A stretch of DNA of 64,000 nucleotides, taken from the IMG/VR virus record IMGVR_UViG_3300031215_000009, positions 1 to 64,000 of that record. One strand, given 5' to 3'. Both the position numbers and the translations under genes were made by a program. Below the pieces are notes generated by a model, which was not told where the DNA came from, made no database searches, and saw only the letters and a list, made by a program, of their open reading frames with translations. Positions 58,366 through 64,000 of the stretch are shown here, piece after piece (within the stretch, counting starts at the first letter, position 1; the number at the start of each line of letters is the position of its first letter). Source of the DNA: a virus.

Positions 58366-59014
58366 TTTTAAGTAAATACGGTATAATTACACCTTTACTA
58401 TTCAATGCAATAGAAGTTTTAACTTCTAGAAGGTTATTTTCTTCATCTTCAACAAACTTAGTTGTACTACGAAACGAACCTAAGAAATCAATTTTACCTT
58501 TTTTAGATACAGTATAGTGTTCTATAATATCACAATTACACATTTCAATGTATATGTGTATATTTTTTCTACGGTCACGTATTTCTTTACGAACAATTGA
58601 AATGTTATTCTTCAAAAATGTTATTGCTAAACTTAATTCTAAAAATTTTTGTTTAAGTTTTTTTACACTTCTTTTTGCAATCTCATCAATTTCTTTAAAT
58701 TCTAACTCAGCACTTGGTAATTCATAGATGTAATTGAAAAGTTCTTCACTTTCTTTATCTTTGTTTACAATTTCATACGTTGATACAAAAGATTCTAAAT
58801 CCTTGTATCGTTTTTCTAAAGTTTCAAATTCTTTAAACAAATAACCTTTTTTAATATTATCATCAACTCTTTGTAAATATGCAAGTAATTTCCAATGTTT
58901 GTGTTCTATATCTATTGGTTTTTGGACAAACCACGTATTAGGAAATTCATTTACAATATAATTTTTATCTGTAAATGAAACTTTTTCTGTATCTATAAAA
59001 TATTCTGTATTCAT
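58346..59014 (-). CDS. Hypothetical protein
   Basis: 222-aa ORF containing WF..PID.EHK.WKLLAYLQ. Confidence 0.55.
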   Translation of the reverse strand: MNTEYFIDTEKVSFTDKNYIVNEFPNTWFVQKPIDIEHKHWKLLAYLQRVDDNIKKGYLFKEFETLEKRYKDLESFVSTYEIVNKDKESEELFNYIYELPSAELEFKEIDEIAKRSVKKLKQKFLELSLAITFLKNNISIVRKEIRDRRKNIHIYIEMCNCDIIEHYTVSKKGKIDFLGSFRSTTKFVEDEENNLLEVKTSIALNSKGVIIPYLLKINLSKN

Positions 59015-59058
59015 ATTGTCTTTAATAAGTGTAATTAACAGTCTTAATAATATTTACT

Positions 59059-60012
59059 ATGAGTTTAAAAAATAACATTTGGGTCGAAAAATATAGACCA
59101 CAAACACTTGATGATTTAATTATCCCAGAAAGAGTATATAACAAGTTCCAAGGTGGAAAGTTAAACAACCACGTATTACTTTATGGAAGTCCCGGATTAG
59201 GGAAAACGAGTTTAGGGAAGATTATCGCAAAAGATATGGTTTCTTTAGAAATCAACTGTTCACTTGATACAAGTGTTGACAATGTTAGGACTAAAATTAC
59301 TGAATTCTGTTCAAATATTTCTATTTTAAATGGAAAGAAAGCACAAAAGGTTGTGTTATTAGATGAGTTTGATGGAGTATCTGATGCTTATTTAAAAGCA
59401 ATGAGGGGGGTTATTGAAAAATTTGCAGCAACTACAAGGTTTATTGCAACGTGTAACTACATTCAAAAGATTCCTGATAATGTTCAATCCAGATTTGATT
59501 GTATTAACTTTGATTTTCCTAAAGAAGAAGAAAGAGATTTGATGAAGAAATACTTAATGAGATTTCATCATATTTGTAAAGCAGAGGGAATGACAGTTGA
59601 TCCAAAAGTTATGGGACAAATTGTAAAAAAACATTTTCCAGATTTACGTTCTACTATTACTTTTTTACAAGGTATGTTCGAAGAAGGTAAAACAGAGATT
59701 ACTTTAGAAGATTTAAACTCATTTGCTGGTGAAAATAAACAATTGTTTGACCATTTAATGGATAAACAATTGGATTTCATTGAATTATATTCGTATGCTT
59801 ATAAAAACTATGTGAATAATGAAGACAATGTACTTAGTTCATTAGGAAAAGAATTTGTCGAATACTTAATTAAGAATGATACATCTTCAAATAAAATAGG
59901 TAACGTAATTGTAGAGGTTGCCGACTACACTTACAAATCACAATTCGTGATTGATAAATTTGTTACATTATCGGCTTGTTTACAAAAAATCAAATTAATA
60001 TTAAATGCGTAA
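59059..60012 (+). CDS. Clamp loader ATPase subunit (gp44/RFC-like)
   Basis: WVEKYRP, GSPGLGKT, LLDEFD, FIATCNY and SRF. Confidence 0.93.
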   Translation: MSLKNNIWVEKYRPQTLDDLIIPERVYNKFQGGKLNNHVLLYGSPGLGKTSLGKIIAKDMVSLEINCSLDTSVDNVRTKITEFCSNISILNGKKAQKVVLLDEFDGVSDAYLKAMRGVIEKFAATTRFIATCNYIQKIPDNVQSRFDCINFDFPKEEERDLMKKYLMRFHHICKAEGMTVDPKVMGQIVKKHFPDLRSTITFLQGMFEEGKTEITLEDLNSFAGENKQLFDHLMDKQLDFIELYSYAYKNYVNNEDNVLSSLGKEFVEYLIKNDTSSNKIGNVIVEVADYTYKSQFVIDKFVTLSACLQKIKLILNA

Positions 60013-61195
60013 ATTTACATTAATCATTGATGGTAATTACTTATTGTATTCAACTTTAAGTGTTCTTCAATTGTTTTCACCAAAGAATCAAATGTTCTTA
60101 AAGACAAATGATGAAGAAATTCTAAGAAAAGATACTAATTTCTTGCTGGAAAAACTGGCACAGGTATATGCTAAGGATATTAGAAGTATGAGTCCAATTT
60201 TGGAAGATGTTATCATTACGATTGATGATGCTCATTCTTGGAGAAAAGATTTATGTCTTACTAAGAATTACAAAGGAATCGAAAAGGAATTACTTTATAA
60301 AGGTAATAGAAAAAAAGATGATAGTTTAGATTTTACAGCTATCTTTAATGTTTTTGATTCTTTTGTAAAGGGTATTGCTATTAGTTCTGGTACTAAATTC
60401 AAATCCATTACAGGTTGTGAGGGAGATGATTTAATTTTTGTTCATTCAAGTTATTTGAATAGTCAAGGAAAAAGTACTATCATTTATTCCGGGGATGGTG
60501 ATTTAAAACAATGTGTAGGGTTTGATAAATCTAAAAACACATTTACAATTCAATATCAAAAGCAAAATAAGAAACTTTGGATTGACAGAGAGACTGCATT
60601 ATACATTAAAGAACATCAAAAAGAATATTTTGTTGATTGCTTACGTTCTGTTATTGCAAATACTTCTTCAAAGTTAGCAGTAGTTGATCCATTTGAGGTC
60701 GTTCTAAGTAAAGTTATCGGTGGTGATATAAGTGACAACATATTTTCAATTATAAGCGAACAGAGACAGCGTAAGACAGGTAAAAACATAGGAGAGTGGT
60801 ATGAGACTAGAGTAACACCAACAATTGTTGCAAAGGTAAGTAAAGAAATTGACATTAACAAATATAATGTAGAAGATTTATTTAGACTAGATTTTCAAAA
60901 AAAGTTAGCAAGTTCAACATTAAGAAACTTTAAAACACAAAATAGATATACTATTGATGACTTGCAAAATAATGTTGATGTGAATACTACATTAGTATTA
61001 TTACACAAGGACACTATACCATCTTATTTGTATGCTGATATTTTAGATTGGTCTGAAAAGGTTGCAACTAAACCTAAGTGTGAACTTAAAAAACAATTCA
61101 ATTACAAAGAACTACTAATGTCTATGAAATTATACGATAAAAAATTACAAGACGATTCAAGTAGTGCATCAATATTTAAAGAATTAGGATTATAA
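60005..61195 (+). CDS. rnh: RNase H / 5'-3' flap exonuclease (T4 Rnh-like)
   Basis: IIDGN, SWRK, YKGNR, EGDD, SGDGDL.Q and GDISDNI. Confidence 0.88.
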   Translation: MRKFTLIIDGNYLLYSTLSVLQLFSPKNQMFLKTNDEEILRKDTNFLLEKLAQVYAKDIRSMSPILEDVIITIDDAHSWRKDLCLTKNYKGIEKELLYKGNRKKDDSLDFTAIFNVFDSFVKGIAISSGTKFKSITGCEGDDLIFVHSSYLNSQGKSTIIYSGDGDLKQCVGFDKSKNTFTIQYQKQNKKLWIDRETALYIKEHQKEYFVDCLRSVIANTSSKLAVVDPFEVVLSKVIGGDISDNIFSIISEQRQRKTGKNIGEWYETRVTPTIVAKVSKEIDINKYNVEDLFRLDFQKKLASSTLRNFKTQNRYTIDDLQNNVDVNTTLVLLHKDTIPSYLYADILDWSEKVATKPKCELKKQFNYKELLMSMKLYDKKLQDDSSSASIFKELGL

Positions 61196-61348
61196 TGGAA
61201 GAATTAACAAATAAAACAAACCCGAAAATAGACGCTTCTAAAATAGAAACGTTAGAAGATGATAAGTTAATATTCAAATTGATGAATTTAACTGTTAATA
61301 AAGAAAACGTATCAGATAGTGATTATGAATCTTTAAAACATTTATTAC

Positions 61349-61789
61349 ATGATAATTAAATCACCATTTGATATTTTAAATCAATTAGGAAAATCTGCAT
61401 TTGATGATATTTCTAATATGGATAAGAAAAGACACGCATTCATTATAAATAGAATGTTATCAAGAGCATTACCAGAAGTTTCATTGAATATGAATCACAT
61501 GAGAGTTGCTCCAGAAAGTACCGTAGATTTTTGGAATCAAGCATTTAAAGATATGATGGCATCCCAAAGAGGAAGGAACATGTTAAATCACATTAGAAGT
61601 GTATATAGAGTTTCAATGGCAGGTGCTAAGAAAAAAACAAAGAAAAATATTGACAAAGATTTAGCAAAACAATATATGCAGATCAGTAAAATTGGAAAAA
61701 AAGAGTTTAAAGTTTTAGAAGATTATCACGAAAAAGACTTGGTTACATATTTAAAGAAGTTTTCTAAAATGTTAGAAACTACTAAATAA
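61349..61789 (+). CDS. Clamp loader small subunit (gp62-like)
   Basis: SPFDILN...FIINRMLS pattern, close to gp44. Confidence 0.65.
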   Translation: MIIKSPFDILNQLGKSAFDDISNMDKKRHAFIINRMLSRALPEVSLNMNHMRVAPESTVDFWNQAFKDMMASQRGRNMLNHIRSVYRVSMAGAKKKTKKNIDKDLAKQYMQISKIGKKEFKVLEDYHEKDLVTYLKKFSKMLETTK

Positions 61790-61798
61790 ATTTTAAGT

Positions 61799-62590
61799 AT
61801 GAAAATAAAAGAAAAGTTTTGGGTTGGGACATTTATTTCCCTATGGTTATTAGTAAGTACAGTAAGTACATTTCACGCAGTTGAATTTTTTGAATTGTCT
61901 AATAATCAATTTTTATCATGGGTATTAGCATTCGCATTTGAATTAGGTGCTATGGCATCATTAGGTGGAATGGTAATAGGTAAAGGAAATAAATCTATTA
62001 TATGGATAATGTTCATTCTTTTAACGGCTTTTCAAATACATGGTAATATGTTTTATGCATGGACACACTCAGGTGATTTAACTAATTGGACAAACCTATT
62101 TGATTTAGGTGACGAAGATGTTAATTTCACCAAGCGTGTGTTTTCGTTTATAAGTGGTGGTATTCTACCGTTAATTTCATTAGGGTTCGTTAAATCGTTA
62201 ATGGATTACTTGAAACCACAAGAAGATGTTATAAGTGAAGGAATAACTGAGGAAGTAATTGAGGGAATACCTGATGAAAAAAATAATAAACAATCATCAT
62301 TTACTAAGGAAGAAATAGAGAATAACGAAAAACTGCGACACGAAGAAATATCAGAAATTGAATTTGAAGAAGTAAAAGATGATGTAAAAATTGATAATAC
62401 AACAGGGAAAGTAAACATTTCTGACGAACCTTTAGAAATGAAAAAGGAATTTTGGTTAGGTCAAACAGATGAATCGCCTATTATTGAAGAAGTAAAAGAT
62501 AGTGAGTTAAATACTAAGAGTGACCCTATTAACTTAGGTGATATTATTGATAAAGCGGAAAATACTGTGAATTCAATAGGTGAAAAATAA
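61799..62590 (+). CDS. Membrane protein with about four TM helices and an acidic tail
   Basis: Hydrophobic segments in the first 135 aa. Confidence 0.6.
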   Translation: MKIKEKFWVGTFISLWLLVSTVSTFHAVEFFELSNNQFLSWVLAFAFELGAMASLGGMVIGKGNKSIIWIMFILLTAFQIHGNMFYAWTHSGDLTNWTNLFDLGDEDVNFTKRVFSFISGGILPLISLGFVKSLMDYLKPQEDVISEGITEEVIEGIPDEKNNKQSSFTKEEIENNEKLRHEEISEIEFEEVKDDVKIDNTTGKVNISDEPLEMKKEFWLGQTDESPIIEEVKDSELNTKSDPINLGDIIDKAENTVNSIGEK

Positions 62591-62600
62591 TTAACAATAA

Positions 62601-63674
62601 ATGTCAAGTACTACTAAATGTGTAATAAGAATAGATGAAAATGGACCAAGAGTTGAATCCAACAGTAACGTTATTGCAAGTGATTTAAAATTAACCCTAA
62701 AAGATTATATTCCAGAAGTAACCAATTGGACTACGTGGAATGGTATATTAAATGAAGGTGAAACGATAAGTATTTCGACACCATATAAATTCATTGCTCT
62801 AAGAGCAAGAAATGCTGGTAATAGTGTTGGTAGTACATTAAACCCACCAACAGGAGCAATTGATTTAACAAGTGCCTGTTTACCAGCAAATAATTCATTA
62901 GCAAGTAATTGTGGGTGTTCTGATGATTCTTCATCTTCAAATGAGGTATTACTTGATTTTAAAATGGATCAATATACAACCTATGAATTAGATAACAAAA
63001 CAATTTATTCAACAAACCCTTATATTTTCGATTGTACAAATGGTGCAACCGCTTCTGGTGTAACTGGATGGTCAGGTTGTGTGATTAATAGTACAGACCC
63101 TTGTGGTGTTACAGGAGCAACAGGAGCAACAGGTGCAGTTGGAATCACTGGTGGTATAGGAGGAACTTGTATAATAGGAGCTACAACGGTAGCTGCACCA
63201 GCAAAAGGTGTTTATGAATATGCATTTGTTGGATTACTTAAAGATAATAATTTAGTAATCAAAACAGATGAAGCAGAATGTGACTATAAATGTAAGTTAG
63301 ATTATTATGCTTATACAAAAACAGACAACGAATATATATTGTTTATTTGGGATGACACTGCCGGAAAATGGGTAATTGTTAGACTTGATGAAAAAATAAG
63401 TGATATTGTAACAAATAAAATATCATTTAATATCATTGAATTAATAGAGTGGTCTGAATCAGTATACTCTTATAAAAATAGTAATATAACAATGCCTGGT
63501 GTTACAGGAGCAACAGGTACAAATAGTTATGAAGGTTCTGTAACGGAATTAGATATTGATATGCCAGTCGAATTCAAGTTGAATAGTCTGTTTATAATGG
63601 AATCTAAAACCTTTACAGGGATAATTACATCGAGGTTAAATAACTTAGATGTTAATATAATGTTAGCAGTTTAA
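62601..63674 (+). CDS. Structural protein with GxT-rich, Cys-containing loops
   Basis: GVTGATGATGAVGITGG and GVTGATGT. Confidence 0.5.
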   Translation: MSSTTKCVIRIDENGPRVESNSNVIASDLKLTLKDYIPEVTNWTTWNGILNEGETISISTPYKFIALRARNAGNSVGSTLNPPTGAIDLTSACLPANNSLASNCGCSDDSSSSNEVLLDFKMDQYTTYELDNKTIYSTNPYIFDCTNGATASGVTGWSGCVINSTDPCGVTGATGATGAVGITGGIGGTCIIGATTVAAPAKGVYEYAFVGLLKDNNLVIKTDEAECDYKCKLDYYAYTKTDNEYILFIWDDTAGKWVIVRLDEKISDIVTNKISFNIIELIEWSESVYSYKNSNITMPGVTGATGTNSYEGSVTELDIDMPVEFKLNSLFIMESKTFTGIITSRLNNLDVNIMLAV

Positions 63675-63692
63675 TTTTAAATTTATATAAAG

Positions 63693-64000
63693 ATGAGTAA
63701 AGAAGTGAAAAAAGAAAACACAAATCAAGCAGGTGCAAAAACAGTAACACAAAACGTTCCTGAAGGGCCACAACAAGTAACAAATTTCCACCAAGCAATT
63801 TCTGTATTGTTACAAGCCGCAGAAATAGGAAGAAAAGCGGCAATTTATGATTGGGAAGATAGTATTTTAATTGGACAAGCCGTTATTTTATTAACAGATG
63901 CTCAACAACAAGCACAAGAACAAGCAGTTGCTCAACAACAAAAACAGGAAACTCCTGTCCCAGAAACTAAAGAAGTTAATTTAGAACCTATTAAAGACTA
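63693..64000 (+). CDS. Hypothetical protein, 3'-truncated by the window edge
   Basis: MSKEVKKENTNQAG... open to the end of the window. Confidence 0.5.
   Translation, partial: MSKEVKKENTNQAGAKTVTQNVPEGPQQVTNFHQAISVLLQAAEIGRKAAIYDWEDSILIGQAVILLTDAQQQAQEQAVAQQQKQETPVPETKEVNLEPIKD

Overview
AT-rich segment of a large T4-superfamily (myovirus-like) phage genome. The host is probably Bacteroidota, judged from A-rich leaders without Shine-Dalgarno sites, a TTTG-N20-TATATTTA promoter, D-S/T-hydrophobic sequons in a lysis-type protein and an IS605/TnpB remnant of Bacteroidota type. The window holds baseplate/tail genes, the core replication-recombination set (gp32, gp61, UvsY, UvsW, gp43, gp45, UvsX, gp41, gp47, gp46, gp44, gp62, RNase H, EndoVII), the late sigma factor gp55 and the head module (gp4, gp2, gp20, gp21/22, gp23). 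Most striking is the fracturing of essential genes. Five naturally split inteins occur (uvsW, an RNA-ligase-like gene, DNA polymerase, uvsX, gp41 helicase). The DNA polymerase is in three pieces. UvsW is in four reading segments that appear to need three different joining mechanisms: protein trans-splicing, a non-catalytic split Hint remnant, and a probable programmed ribosomal hop or frameshift over TAGGTGC directly behind a 12-bp hairpin. Other observations: a covarying structured leader repeated three times in front of decayed homing endonuclease genes, an orphan TnpB 3' end/omega-RNA region, a G-A-T peptide motif enriched in virion proteins, a probably head-packaged nucleotidyltransferase/ligase trio, and two promoter-like motif classes (TTAAATA, TTTAATA). 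All assignments come from motif recognition by eye; no searches were run.
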